DNA of 63,768 bases, counting the filler, from Candidatus Delongbacteria bacterium (lineage in GTDB: Bacteria; UBA4055), in assembly GCA_016937995.1 (NCBI GenBank). It is 5 parts of 5 records of this genome, joined end to end, with 100 filler letters (N's around TTAATTAATTAA, not from the genome) between each part and the next. Parts side by side here need not be neighbours in the genome. Positions count along the whole stretch, not along the records: positions 16,379 to 31,754 come from JAFGVM010000079.1; 4 more parts are not named here. One strand, given 5' to 3'. This document shows positions 19,303 through 28,872 of the stretch, piece by piece. The first letter of the stretch is position 1; every line of letters begins with the position of its first letter. Made by a program: the position numbers and the translations under genes. The notes below the pieces were generated by a model. The model ran no database searches and had not been told where the DNA came from. It saw only the letters and a program-made list of their open reading frames with translations.

Positions 19303-19318
19303 TGTGACACAGGTCACA
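19303..19318. promoter_or_regulatory. CRP/FNR-family binding site candidate
   Basis: TGTGA-CACAGG-TCACA, a perfect TGTGA-N6-TCACA palindrome in intergenic DNA. Confidence 0.55.
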
Positions 19319-19408
19319 ACATCAACTTAAAGGCTTATCTTAACAATTTATGTTGTATCCTTTAAATCAAGTTTATGTTTTGTCATTTATTTTTGTAAAA
19401 TACAGAAC

Positions 19409-19437
19409 AAAAAAAAGACCGGTCTATTACCGGTCTT
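19409..19437 (-). terminator. Intrinsic terminator after porin-like gene 3
   Basis: AAGACCGGT-CTATT-ACCGGTCTT with U-tract on minus strand. Confidence 0.85.
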
Positions 19438-19472
19438 AATATATTCATTAAATATAGTTTCTCAACGGATAC

Positions 19473-20477
19473 TTACTTAAACATCACTGCTCCACCAACT
19501 TCAAACTTAAAATTAGGTTCTGCAGTATCACTTGTCAAGTCCATATCCAATTCGAACGCTCCGTAAACATCGAACAGAGGTAATGGATAATAGTGTCCGT
19601 GTGCTCCAAAAACAAAGTAGTTGTAGCTGCCATAACCAAATGCATCGGTCATTTCAAGTTCTTTTACTCTAAATCCCAAGTTAGCGCCTGCGTTAACCTC
19701 TTTGATGATATCATAAGCAAATAGAACACCAAGATCGATAGTTGTATCCTTACCACCCTCGCTCCAATCCGGATTTAACTGGTACAAATAGTCAAGTGAC
19801 ATTTTTACCATCATGTTTTCTTTTTTTACTAAATGGGAATAACAACCTGAAATTCCCATAAATCTTGGCTCTGTAGTAAGATATGCATTACTTTCTTCAG
19901 GATCAGATACGGTTTTGATCAGATGCTCATCATAGGTAAGGTATGCTGCCCAACCCTGCTCAAAGCTATCCCATGGTGTTAATAAATGCTGATCAATTTT
20001 TCTGTTATCATAACCTAAATTAAAAGAAATGTCAACTGTTCTGATATGTTCTGCTGGTGCTGGATTCTCTTTTTGAGGACTGATACTTCCTGAATAGATA
20101 GGCAATGCACCTTTTGCAAAAAAACCGTCCATTGTAAGCAATTGCTTAGGGAAATAAAATTTCAACATAGGTTTCACACTGAAGTAGAACTCTGTCGCAT
20201 ATCTGTCATAACCTATTGGAGCTTCACCATCAACAGTTACTTTATACATTTTATAACCGATGCTTGGATGAGCATAAATTTTGAAAAGTTTTCCAAGCAT
20301 GATCTCGAATTTGTAGTCGACATAAGGAATGTTAACATTGGTCAGCTCATTAGATGGATCACCAGCATCGAAATTATAGAAATACTTTACTCCTCCGACT
20401 AACTCGTTTTTAGTAATTCCTGCAAACATCGAAACTGAGAACAGAAATACTGCTATTATTACTACAGATTTCCTCAT
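19473..20477 (-). CDS. Putative outer-membrane beta-barrel (porin-like) protein 3
   Basis: Signal peptide (MFA/G), aligns by eye with 18100-19050, ends VGGAVMFK; own TTGACT-N17-TAAATT promoter. Confidence 0.75.
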   Translation of the reverse strand: MRKSVVIIAVFLFSVSMFAGITKNELVGGVKYFYNFDAGDPSNELTNVNIPYVDYKFEIMLGKLFKIYAHPSIGYKMYKVTVDGEAPIGYDRYATEFYFSVKPMLKFYFPKQLLTMDGFFAKGALPIYSGSISPQKENPAPAEHIRTVDISFNLGYDNRKIDQHLLTPWDSFEQGWAAYLTYDEHLIKTVSDPEESNAYLTTEPRFMGISGCYSHLVKKENMMVKMSLDYLYQLNPDWSEGGKDTTIDLGVLFAYDIIKEVNAGANLGFRVKELEMTDAFGYGSYNYFVFGAHGHYYPLPLFDVYGAFELDMDLTSDTAEPNFKFEVGGAVMFK

Positions 20478-20626
20478 TTTCGTTCTCCTTGATTTTTATT
20501 TTAATTTATATTATTCTGCTTTCGAATTTATAGCTTTTTAATTTAACTACGTGACAAGCTTAAGTCAAGTTAAAAATTCACAAACAAATCTTTTTCTCTT
20601 TAAAATTTTAGTTTATTTTCAACTAT

Positions 20627-21403
20627 TTAATCCGGCAACTTTACTTTAGATGAAAAATACGCCAATATTTTTCTCGGAAGTAACTTAGAAATGATTCGGA
20701 GCAAATTCATATCCAATCCATATACTGAAACAGATCTTCTCTTCAATATATCCACCATTGCTTTTCTAATAACCAGTTTTGGATCTCTTATTGAAAGACC
20801 GTTTACTTTATTTCCTTTAACAGATTTAAAAAACTCAGTACCGGCTGGTCCGGGACATACAGCAGTTACACTGATATTCTTGTGTCTTAACTCTTCTTTC
20901 AGTGAGTATGAAAAACTTAGTATGAAAGCTTTTGAAGCAGCATAGACCGCAAAATATGGTAATGGAGCATAAGCTGCTGAAGAAGCAACGTTAGCGATGT
21001 AACTGCCCTCACTCATGTAAGGGAGTACTAATTTGGTGACCATTACCTGTGCTTTCACATTGACATCAATCATTTTCTCATTGTAATCATCATCTGAATA
21101 TTCAAATTTCTCTGTTTTTCCAAATCCTGCATTGTTTATCAAGAACTTAACTTCAGGTTTTTCCTTTTCCAGTAATTTCTTTATTTTCGATATTCCTTCT
21201 TTGCTGGAAAGGTCCGAAACGATCACTAAACTCTTTGCGTTTTTTAACTGTTTTGAAGTATTTAAAAGTTTTTGTTCACGACGAGCTATAAGCCAGATCT
21301 CTTCAATCTCTCTTAAACTATCTATCCGCTTTGAAAATTCTACCCCAAAACCGGATGATGCACCTGTAATTATTGCGATCTTTTTATTTTTGTTAATTTG
21401 CAT
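20627..21403 (-). CDS. Short-chain dehydrogenase/reductase
   Basis: TGASSGFG, NNAGFG, YAASK, CPG. Confidence 0.93.
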   Translation of the reverse strand: MQINKNKKIAIITGASSGFGVEFSKRIDSLREIEEIWLIARREQKLLNTSKQLKNAKSLVIVSDLSSKEGISKIKKLLEKEKPEVKFLINNAGFGKTEKFEYSDDDYNEKMIDVNVKAQVMVTKLVLPYMSEGSYIANVASSAAYAPLPYFAVYAASKAFILSFSYSLKEELRHKNISVTAVCPGPAGTEFFKSVKGNKVNGLSIRDPKLVIRKAMVDILKRRSVSVYGLDMNLLRIISKLLPRKILAYFSSKVKLPD

Positions 21404-22946
21404 ACTCTTTTGTTATCTCTTTATCAGTTCCATGTTCGTAGCATTTAAAATCATACAGATTCAGTGAATTATTTATTATCAAATTTATCTTGATCCAGTT
21501 TTTGATCATCATTTCCTGGATCACGTTGTTCTTTTTATCTTCAAGAAATCTCTTAAGTTCTCTGTTGACGGCAATATCAACCATTGAATTACTGGTCATG
21601 AATTTGTAATTCTTAAGCCATCTGTCCAATTGGATTGAGATACTTTCTTTGGACTGGACAATACCTTTTCCGGAACAGGTTGGACAATCTTCAAAAATGG
21701 TCTGTACTATTGAAGGTTTTAATCTCTGGCGTGTCATTTCAACTAAGCCGAATCTACTTATTGGCTCTATACTCGATTTTGCTTTGTCTAATTTAAGTGA
21801 ATTCTTCAATTCATTAAAAACTTTCAGTTTATTCTCATTATCATTCATATCGATAAAATCAATAATGATCAGACCTCCCATATCCCTTAGCCTAAGTTGT
21901 CTGGCGATCTCACCTGCTGCTGCCATATTTATATTAAAACTGTTCTCTTCATGGGATCTTTTTTTTACATACCTTTTACTGTTGACATCAATAGCTACGA
22001 GAGCTTCTGTGTGATCAATTACTATTGAGCCACCGTTCTTTAAGAATACCTCTCTGGAAAGACTCTTGTAGTAGTCCTTATTTATATTATGATATTTATC
22101 GAAAATAGGATCACCATCATCATGCAAAAATAAATTCCCCTCTAATTCCGGAGCGTTGTTTCTGATGTATTCAAGTATATCATCATAAAGGTCCTGTGAA
22201 TCAACGATCATTCTTGATACATCCTCGTTAAAAAGGTCCCTTACTATACTCGCAGCAAGATCATCATCCTTATACAGAAGAGTGGGTTTCTCTGCCTTTT
22301 TATATCCTTTTACTACCTTCTTCCATATGTTATATGTGTTTATAATATCGTTAGTGAATGCCTGAATGTCTTTTTTTTCAGCAGCAGTTCTTACTATCAC
22401 ACCAAAATTATCCGGTATTAAATTTTTTACTATTTTATTTAACTTTCTTCTAACAGCAGGATTACTGATTTTCTTTGAAATTTTCACACCTCTGTCATTT
22501 GGGATCAGAACAACATACCTGCCTGGAATTGTTACATTGGAAGTGATCCTAGGTCCTTTACTGCCAATTGATTCTTTTATTACCTGAACCAGTACTTTAT
22601 CATTTTTCTTTAATTTCTTTTTTGATTCTTCCTGAATTTCGATCATTGTAATATCTTCATCGATCGATTGGAAAGAATATTTACCGTTAAGTATATCGGA
22701 TGGTAACAGATCATTTTTAAAATCTCCGAGATGAGAAAATCCGTTTTGTACATCTCCTAATACAACGAAAACTGAATTCATTCCATCCAGTATGTTATCT
22801 ACATAGCCTGCATAAATGTTCCCAATACTTCTTTCATTTTCAGGCCTTTCAATAAACATCTCAACTAATTTGCTGTTCTCAACGATCGCAACTCTGGTTT
22901 CCTTTGTGGAAACATTTATTAGAATCTCTTTTTCAATATCGCTCAT
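21393..22946 (-). CDS. rng: Ribonuclease E/G family (RNase G-sized)
   Basis: S1 domain GNIY.G.V, KGPRIT, IDVNS, RQLRLRDMGGLIIIDFIDM, EMTRQR, CPTC Zn-link. Confidence 0.93.
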   Translation of the reverse strand: MSDIEKEILINVSTKETRVAIVENSKLVEMFIERPENERSIGNIYAGYVDNILDGMNSVFVVLGDVQNGFSHLGDFKNDLLPSDILNGKYSFQSIDEDITMIEIQEESKKKLKKNDKVLVQVIKESIGSKGPRITSNVTIPGRYVVLIPNDRGVKISKKISNPAVRRKLNKIVKNLIPDNFGVIVRTAAEKKDIQAFTNDIINTYNIWKKVVKGYKKAEKPTLLYKDDDLAASIVRDLFNEDVSRMIVDSQDLYDDILEYIRNNAPELEGNLFLHDDGDPIFDKYHNINKDYYKSLSREVFLKNGGSIVIDHTEALVAIDVNSKRYVKKRSHEENSFNINMAAAGEIARQLRLRDMGGLIIIDFIDMNDNENKLKVFNELKNSLKLDKAKSSIEPISRFGLVEMTRQRLKPSIVQTIFEDCPTCSGKGIVQSKESISIQLDRWLKNYKFMTSNSMVDIAVNRELKRFLEDKKNNVIQEMMIKNWIKINLIINNSLNLYDFKCYEHGTDKEITKEYAN

Positions 22947-22984
22947 TTTACCTCTATTTATAATTCTTTAGCTATTATACCGAT

Positions 22985-23875
22985 CTACCACAGATCTATA
23001 TTCGTTCTTAATCCCTCTCTGTCTATCTTTTTCACTAATGAATCAATGTTAGTAACAGCTCTGTCAAGCTTATTGTAAAATTCATCTGAGTGGACTAATT
23101 TACCAATAGATCCGGAAGGATCGGTAATTTCTTCTACTCTTTTATTGAGAGAGACAAGTAGAATATCTGTTTTTATGATTAATGAATCGATCTGTGGATA
23201 AATTTTTGCAAGGGCTGATTTTCCATAATTAATTGAATTCTGCATAGTATCAACCAGAGTTTCAGCTTTGTTCAATGTTCTGTCAAACTTGACATTTATA
23301 CTCTTCATTGTGTTCTTAATTGAAGTCATAGTAACGATAGTTTCATCTGCAATCTGATTGAATTTTTTATCGAAGTCTGTTTCCGGAATAGCTTTTGAAA
23401 CTTTAAGGATAAGAGCATCTGTATTTTCTATTAGTGTTCTCGCATAAGACATTATTTCTGCAATATCTGAAATTGCCTCATTCATTCCTTTACTGCTTCT
23501 TCCTATGATAGATCGATCATTGAGTGGAACATTGGTTGTGCCAATGCTAAGAACAAGCATTTTACCGCCCATGATCTCTTTGTTTTCAACTGTTGCAAAA
23601 GCATCTGAATATAAATTAATATTTTTATCAATATCAGCTTTTACTATCACGTTTTTATCAGTAAGGTCAACAGATGTCACGTTTCCGCAGGGAACTCCTT
23701 TTACAAATACTTTTGAACCAATATCCAAACCGTTCACATTATCAAAGGTCACAGTAACGGTTTTTGTTTCTGAATTCAATGATATATTTTTGCCGTAAAT
23801 TATTGATATTATCAAAATTGTTACAGCCAGTATAGTAACAAATCCAACTATTGCTTCTTTAGTTCTGTTTTTCAT
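22985..23875 (-). CDS. MCE/MlaD family protein with helical extension
   Basis: N-terminal TM, FDNVNGLDIGSKVFVKGV..G.V, C-terminal GSIGKLVHSDEFY. Confidence 0.88.
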   Translation of the reverse strand: MKNRTKEAIVGFVTILAVTILIISIIYGKNISLNSETKTVTVTFDNVNGLDIGSKVFVKGVPCGNVTSVDLTDKNVIVKADIDKNINLYSDAFATVENKEIMGGKMLVLSIGTTNVPLNDRSIIGRSSKGMNEAISDIAEIMSYARTLIENTDALILKVSKAIPETDFDKKFNQIADETIVTMTSIKNTMKSINVKFDRTLNKAETLVDTMQNSINYGKSALAKIYPQIDSLIIKTDILLVSLNKRVEEITDPSGSIGKLVHSDEFYNKLDRAVTNIDSLVKKIDREGLRTNIDLW

Positions 23876-24353
23876 GCTTTTCCCATTGTTCCATAAGATA
23901 TTTCATATTAAACATTCTTTCTCCAGGAAGATCCTGGATTTGAATATTTATTCCTTCCTCTTTCAGAAGTAATAGATCATCATATTCTGACCTATTAATG
24001 TAGACATAATGATTGATCTCCAGTTTATTTTCTTTTGAATGCATCCCGCCAATATTCAATGTATCTACTTTTAATCCTAAATTAATCAGATCCAAAACCG
24101 ATCTTGGAGATTTCACTACGATTATAGAATTTTTATGATCGTTATTTTCCAAAAATTTAACAGTTTCTGAAAAATTCAAAACTTTACCCTCAAATTCAAA
24201 CGGAACTCCAAGAAGATATAATTCACTTTCAGTTTCATCTGAAGCTATTTCATCATCCGATAAAATAATATAATCTGGATTAAGCTCACTTCCCCATCCT
24301 ACTACTACCTGACCGTGGATCAATCTGTCATCAACTCTAATAAAAGGTTTCAT
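23859..24353 (-). CDS. PTS EIIB component, mannose/sorbose family
   Basis: RVDDRLIHGQV phospho-His motif, LNIGGM. Confidence 0.92.
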   Translation of the reverse strand: MKPFIRVDDRLIHGQVVVGWGSELNPDYIILSDDEIASDETESELYLLGVPFEFEGKVLNFSETVKFLENNDHKNSIIVVKSPRSVLDLINLGLKVDTLNIGGMHSKENKLEINHYVYINRSEYDDLLLLKEEGINIQIQDLPGERMFNMKYLMEQWEKHEKQN

Positions 24354-25015
24354 TAGATCTTCTCGGAAATGAATTTAACCAGTTTTTCAATACCAGTATA
24401 TACCTGGTACAACGTTGCATCGCTATTCATATATGCCGGAGCTGAAATAACTTTATTTAAATCATCTATGCATATATCCGTCGAATCAAGCATAACAGGG
24501 TTTGCTCCAAAGTATTTCAAATCTTCAGCAGCTTTTTCAAAATACCCGGGTGTCAGCTTTAAATCTTCCGCAATTCCGGACAATGCCATTCCTATCATTA
24601 CCGGTGAAATACATATCACACCAATATACTTCTTTGATTTGAAGAATGAAACGATCAATTCTTTGATCCTGCTGTCAACGGATCCGTTTCTTCCTTCATA
24701 AGCATATGTGCATAGATTTTTAGCTATTCCGAAACCTCCCGGGAAAATTATAGCACCATAGTTATCAACATTTAATTCTGCAATGTCCTTTATTTTTCCC
24801 CTTGCGATCCTTGCTGCTTCATGCAATAGATTTCTCTTCTCTTTTACCGGTTCGTAATTAGAGTGATCGATCACATCATATTGATCCTGATCAATAGAGA
24901 AACAATCATAGGTCACTTCATATTTACTTAAAGCTATCAGAGTTGAGATCGATTCCTGGATCTCAGACCCGTCTGCATGACCCGAACCAGCTAATATTAC
25001 ACATACTTTTTTCAT
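24353..25015 (-). CDS. elbB: Glyoxalase ElbB (DJ-1/PfpI, ES1 family)
   Basis: DGSEIQE, EAARIARG, PGGFGIAKNL, CISP, PAYM. Confidence 0.92.
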   Translation of the reverse strand: MKKVCVILAGSGHADGSEIQESISTLIALSKYEVTYDCFSIDQDQYDVIDHSNYEPVKEKRNLLHEAARIARGKIKDIAELNVDNYGAIIFPGGFGIAKNLCTYAYEGRNGSVDSRIKELIVSFFKSKKYIGVICISPVMIGMALSGIAEDLKLTPGYFEKAAEDLKYFGANPVMLDSTDICIDDLNKVISAPAYMNSDATLYQVYTGIEKLVKFISEKI

Positions 25016-25251
25016 ATTAACCTCCTTAGTTCTCTGGTAGTTAATTTTAATCTTCGAACAAATTTAATTTTGTGACTCTTTTCAAAAATATCTCCGCTCA
25101 TCCCAACATCTGCAGTTAATACTAGTAGTATCAAAAACAATGCTGTGCCAGGATTTAAACAATAACTTTAACACATTGAAATATATTAAATCATTTCAAG
25201 TATGTAAACGAAATAAAAAAGACATTTTTCATCGACTCAGGAACAATAATT

Positions 25252-25280
25252 AAAAAAAGCCGCTTAAAAGCGGCTTTTTT
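25252..25280 (-). terminator. Intrinsic terminator directly after tRNA-Asn
   Basis: AAAAAAAGCCGC-TTAAAA-GCGGCTTTTTT. Confidence 0.85.
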
Positions 25281-25281
25281 G

Positions 25282-25354
25282 CGGGAGGTGAGGGACTTGA
25301 ACCCCCGACAAATTGATTAACAGTCAACTGCTCTACCGACTGAGCTAAACTCCC
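25282..25354 (-). tRNA. tRNA-Asn (GTT), CCA not encoded
   Basis: Folds as GGGAGTT-TA-GCTC/GAGC D-arm, GTTGA-CT-GTT-AA-TCAAT anticodon arm, GGGGG-TTCAAGT-CCCTC T-arm, ACCTCCC-G. Confidence 0.95.
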
Positions 25355-25371
25355 AATTTTAAACAGAGCCA

Positions 25372-25400
25372 AATATATATATTAATCATTTCGATGTCAA
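25372..25400 (-). promoter_or_regulatory. sigma70-type promoter of tRNA-Asn
   Basis: TTGACA-N17-TATATT, 17 nt upstream of the tRNA 5' end. Confidence 0.75.
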
Positions 25401-25433
25401 GAAAAATTAATAATGGTCATTACAAGTTGCTTT

Positions 25434-26291
25434 CTATTTTGAGATCCTTTCTTTAAAACCACCCCAACCCAGTTTTTCTCTCAACAACATATAAAAATCA
25501 CTTCCGTCAAATTTTATGAATTTTGCAGTTCTTTCAGATTTTTTTATAACTACCTGATCTAAAGTGTCAATGTCAATATTTGTTTGACCGTCTCCACTTA
25601 ATATCATTCTTTTATCTGAACTTTCGGCAGTAATTGATATTATTGAACTGTCCGGGATAACAACTGGCCTCATTGCTAATGCATGTGGAGAAAGTGGAGT
25701 GATCGTAAAAGCTGTCACACCTGGTTGGACTATCGGCCCGTTAGCGGACATATTGTAAGCTGTTGATCCCGTTGGTGTAGAAATAATGAGTCCATCCGAA
25801 GTATAGGTTGTAAAATATTTGTTGTTGATATCAACGGAAATTTTCATAACTCTCTGAGAAGAACCCTTATCAAGAACAATATCATTTAAAGCGCAAATTT
25901 TCTTATCTCTATAAAATGCATCTAGCATTATTCTTTCTTCGACATGGTATTTGCCGTCTTCGATCATTTCAATGCAATTCAACACTTCATTCTCTTTAAC
26001 ATCGGCTAAAAATCCCAGTTTGCCAAAGTTTACACCCAGGAATGGTTTAAGACTTTCAGATGCTGTTCTTGCAGTTTCTAAAAGTGAACCGTCTCCTCCC
26101 AGAACAATAATAACATCAGCATATTTTATCAATTCTGACTTTGATAATAGCTTAAAATTAAACTCTTTATTATACTCGTTCTCATTATTTATCACAACAT
26201 CAAAACCCTTCTCTTTTATGTTGTGATAAATATTTCTTAGAGATTCTTTGTCATGACTTCTGTGTAAATTATCGATAATGCCATATTTCAT
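25434..26291 (-). CDS. nadK: NAD+ kinase
   Basis: LGGDGS, GKLGFL, ALND, DGLIISTPTGSTAY..SA.GP. Confidence 0.96.
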   Translation of the reverse strand: MKYGIIDNLHRSHDKESLRNIYHNIKEKGFDVVINNENEYNKEFNFKLLSKSELIKYADVIIVLGGDGSLLETARTASESLKPFLGVNFGKLGFLADVKENEVLNCIEMIEDGKYHVEERIMLDAFYRDKKICALNDIVLDKGSSQRVMKISVDINNKYFTTYTSDGLIISTPTGSTAYNMSANGPIVQPGVTAFTITPLSPHALAMRPVVIPDSSIISITAESSDKRMILSGDGQTNIDIDTLDQVVIKKSERTAKFIKFDGSDFYMLLREKLGWGGFKERISK

Positions 26292-26489
26292 AAATGTCCT
26301 TGATTCTCAACAAATATTTTAAATTATAGACCCTGACCAATATAATAACATATGCTATCATAAACAAGAATAACTATTATTTTAAGATCAAAATCTCAAG
26401 CAGTACAGTATAATACTGCGTCTATATTAAAGGTTATTTTGATTGATTTATGCACATTTTTTTATTATATTTTAATTCTTATAAATCTA

Positions 26490-27641
26490 ATGGATGTAGC
26501 CTTGATTAACAATTTTTACAAATACACTGGAACTATTTTCACCTTTACTCTTATTTTATGTTCCTTTCTATATGGAATTTCAAATCATAAAATTCAGGAA
26601 AATATTGTTTTTTCAGATATTATTATTCCTTTAGAAAAATACGATGTAAAGGACAGGATCGAAACAATTCTGGGCAATTTGATCACTGATAGAAGAAATT
26701 ATATGCAGTCACTGATTGACAAACAATATCAGTTTATTCCTATTGCTAAGGAGATTCTCTCTGAACATGGTCTGAATACAGATTTTGCCTATATAATTCC
26801 GGTAGAGTCTGACTTTAATTTGCGTGCATTATCCGAAAGTAAAGCATCCGGCCCTTGGCAACTCATGCCTGCAACTGCAAGAATGTATGGATTGAGAGTA
26901 GATGATCAGGTAGATGAAAGAAATTTATTGATAACTTCAACAACCGCTTCAGCAGAGCATATCTCTCATTTGATGAAGGTTTTTGATAACGATGTATTCC
27001 TTGTTCTCGCCGCTTTCAACAATGGTGAGGGAAATGTTGCATCAATGCTTGAGACTCAAAACTCTAATAATTTCTGGGAATGTGTTTCAAATTCTGAAAC
27101 TGATCTTTACGTTCCAAAAGTAATTGCCTATAAAATGATCCTTTCTGATCCTGTAAAATACGGATTTAAGATTGTTGATATATCCAATGATAAAATATTC
27201 GAACCTTGTATGATTTCACTCGAACAAAAGGATCTGCAGTACACAGAAATTTGTTCTCTTCTAAACTTGAGTTATCGAGAATTTTACGATGCTAATCCTC
27301 ACTTGAAATTTAGCTATAAAAATAAAAATTACATTTCAAAATTTACAACAATGGAAATAATGGTCCCTGAAAATTCAAAATCATTTTTTATTAAAAGTTT
27401 GGAAGATTTGGGATATATTAATTTCAACAATATTGCAGATGAAATGAATACATCTAAAAGTTTGAAATACATTGACAACTATATTGTTGAGAACAATGAT
27501 AATATAGAGAGTATTGCATTTAGATACGGGATCTCATGGGAAGAAATCGCAAAGATAAATGATCTAGAAATTATTAAATTGGATTCAGGTATAGAAACTG
27601 CAAAAGTATATCCAGGACAAAAACTAGTAATTGAAAGGTAA
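26490..27641 (+). CDS. Lytic transglycosylase with C-terminal LysM (MltD-like); start uncertain
   Basis: VES catalytic Glu, GPWQLMPATA, AAFNNGEG, ET..YVPK; LysM Y.V...D.I.SIA.RYGIS. Confidence 0.88.
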   Translation: MDVALINNFYKYTGTIFTFTLILCSFLYGISNHKIQENIVFSDIIIPLEKYDVKDRIETILGNLITDRRNYMQSLIDKQYQFIPIAKEILSEHGLNTDFAYIIPVESDFNLRALSESKASGPWQLMPATARMYGLRVDDQVDERNLLITSTTASAEHISHLMKVFDNDVFLVLAAFNNGEGNVASMLETQNSNNFWECVSNSETDLYVPKVIAYKMILSDPVKYGFKIVDISNDKIFEPCMISLEQKDLQYTEICSLLNLSYREFYDANPHLKFSYKNKNYISKFTTMEIMVPENSKSFFIKSLEDLGYINFNNIADEMNTSKSLKYIDNYIVENNDNIESIAFRYGISWEEIAKINDLEIIKLDSGIETAKVYPGQKLVIER

Positions 27642-27644
27642 ATA

Positions 27645-28043
27645 TTGAGTTTATCAGATCTACATAGTGAATTATACGAAACCGCACATAATGCCAGAGA
27701 AAATGCTTCGGCTATTTATTCTAATTTCAAAGTTGGAGCAGCATTAAGAACAAAGTCCGGTAAAATATATTTCGGTTCAAATATAGAATCATCTTCTTTT
27801 GGTTTATCAATTTGTGCAGAGAGAGTTGCTTTATTCACTGCATTAAGTAACGGAGAGAGAGAGTTTGATACTATTTTTATTTTATCAAATTCAGAAATAC
27901 CCGCAAGTCCGTGTGGTGCTTGCAGGCAATTACTATACGATTATGCACCAGAATTAAATGTTATTATGTCCAATTTAAAAAAAGAGATCGTTATTGATAA
28001 CATAAAGAATTTACTAAAAAACCCATTTTCATTAAGTAGCTAA
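27645..28043 (+). CDS. cdd: Cytidine deaminase (homotetrameric type)
   Basis: YSNFKVGAA, NIE, CAERVA, PCGACRQ. Confidence 0.93.
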   Translation: MSLSDLHSELYETAHNARENASAIYSNFKVGAALRTKSGKIYFGSNIESSSFGLSICAERVALFTALSNGEREFDTIFILSNSEIPASPCGACRQLLYDYAPELNVIMSNLKKEIVIDNIKNLLKNPFSLSS

Positions 28044-28058
28044 CTAAGGGAGTATTGT

Positions 28059-28772
28059 ATGTTTGAAGATTTAAAATGGCTAATTGAATTACAGAAAGTA
28101 GATCGTGCTATTTACCAATTAACAGGTGAAGAAAGAACAATTGACAGTAAAATAACCAGATTGAATAGTGAGATCGAAGAACTAACCCTAAATAAATTAA
28201 AATCTGTCCGTAAACAAAAAGAGTATTTTGAAGACAAAGAATCTTACCAGGAAGATATTCTTGATCATGAAAGGATCCTCGGACAAAAAAAATCAGACCT
28301 CGACAATGAAAAAAAGACTAAAAAAGAACATATTAAAAGAGAGGTAAAAAAATTAGAAAAAGCTTTACAGGTTTTTCAGGATAAATTAAATAAACTTGAT
28401 GAAGAAAATCATGTATTGGAAGAAGATATTACAGATAAAGAAGAAAAAATAGAGGAATTAAAAAAACGAATAAAAAGTAAAAATACAAAAATAAATAAAA
28501 TCGCGAAGACAAATAAAGAAGAAATAGAAAAATTAAACCGTAAGAAAAAAAGAATTGAGAAAAAAATCAGAAAACCTTTTCTTAATCATTATTACAGAAT
28601 TCTCAATATCAGAAATGGTATTGCAATTACTTATGTTACACCTGATGGGCTGTGTAACGGATGTAAGATCCATATCCCATATCAATTCCAACAGAAAATA
28701 AAATTATCCGAGGATTATAATATCTGCGAAGGTTGCGGTAGAATACTTGTGACAGATAATTTTTTAGATTAA
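28059..28772 (+). CDS. Coiled-coil protein with C4 zinc ribbon (DUF164, CT398/HP0958-like)
   Basis: LIELQKVD start, long coiled coil, CNGC...CEGCGRIL. Confidence 0.88.
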   Translation: MFEDLKWLIELQKVDRAIYQLTGEERTIDSKITRLNSEIEELTLNKLKSVRKQKEYFEDKESYQEDILDHERILGQKKSDLDNEKKTKKEHIKREVKKLEKALQVFQDKLNKLDEENHVLEEDITDKEEKIEELKKRIKSKNTKINKIAKTNKEEIEKLNRKKKRIEKKIRKPFLNHYYRILNIRNGIAITYVTPDGLCNGCKIHIPYQFQQKIKLSEDYNICEGCGRILVTDNFLD

Positions 28773-28872
28773 TATTAACAGCATTGCATCCAAAATATAA
28801 ATAAAATGAAATTTGACTTTAGTTGAATTTCATTTTTTATCTAAACAAATAAATAATGTAGAAGTGAAAGAA

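Noticed and set aside
25135-25150. Second sigma54-like site (TGGCAC-AGCAT-TGTTT, minus strand) upstream of elbB
   Set aside because: The -12 GC is missing at the required spacing
25252-25354. tRNA-Asn as an island integration site
   Set aside because: Flanked by housekeeping genes, with no integrase and no duplicated tRNA 3' end seen in the window
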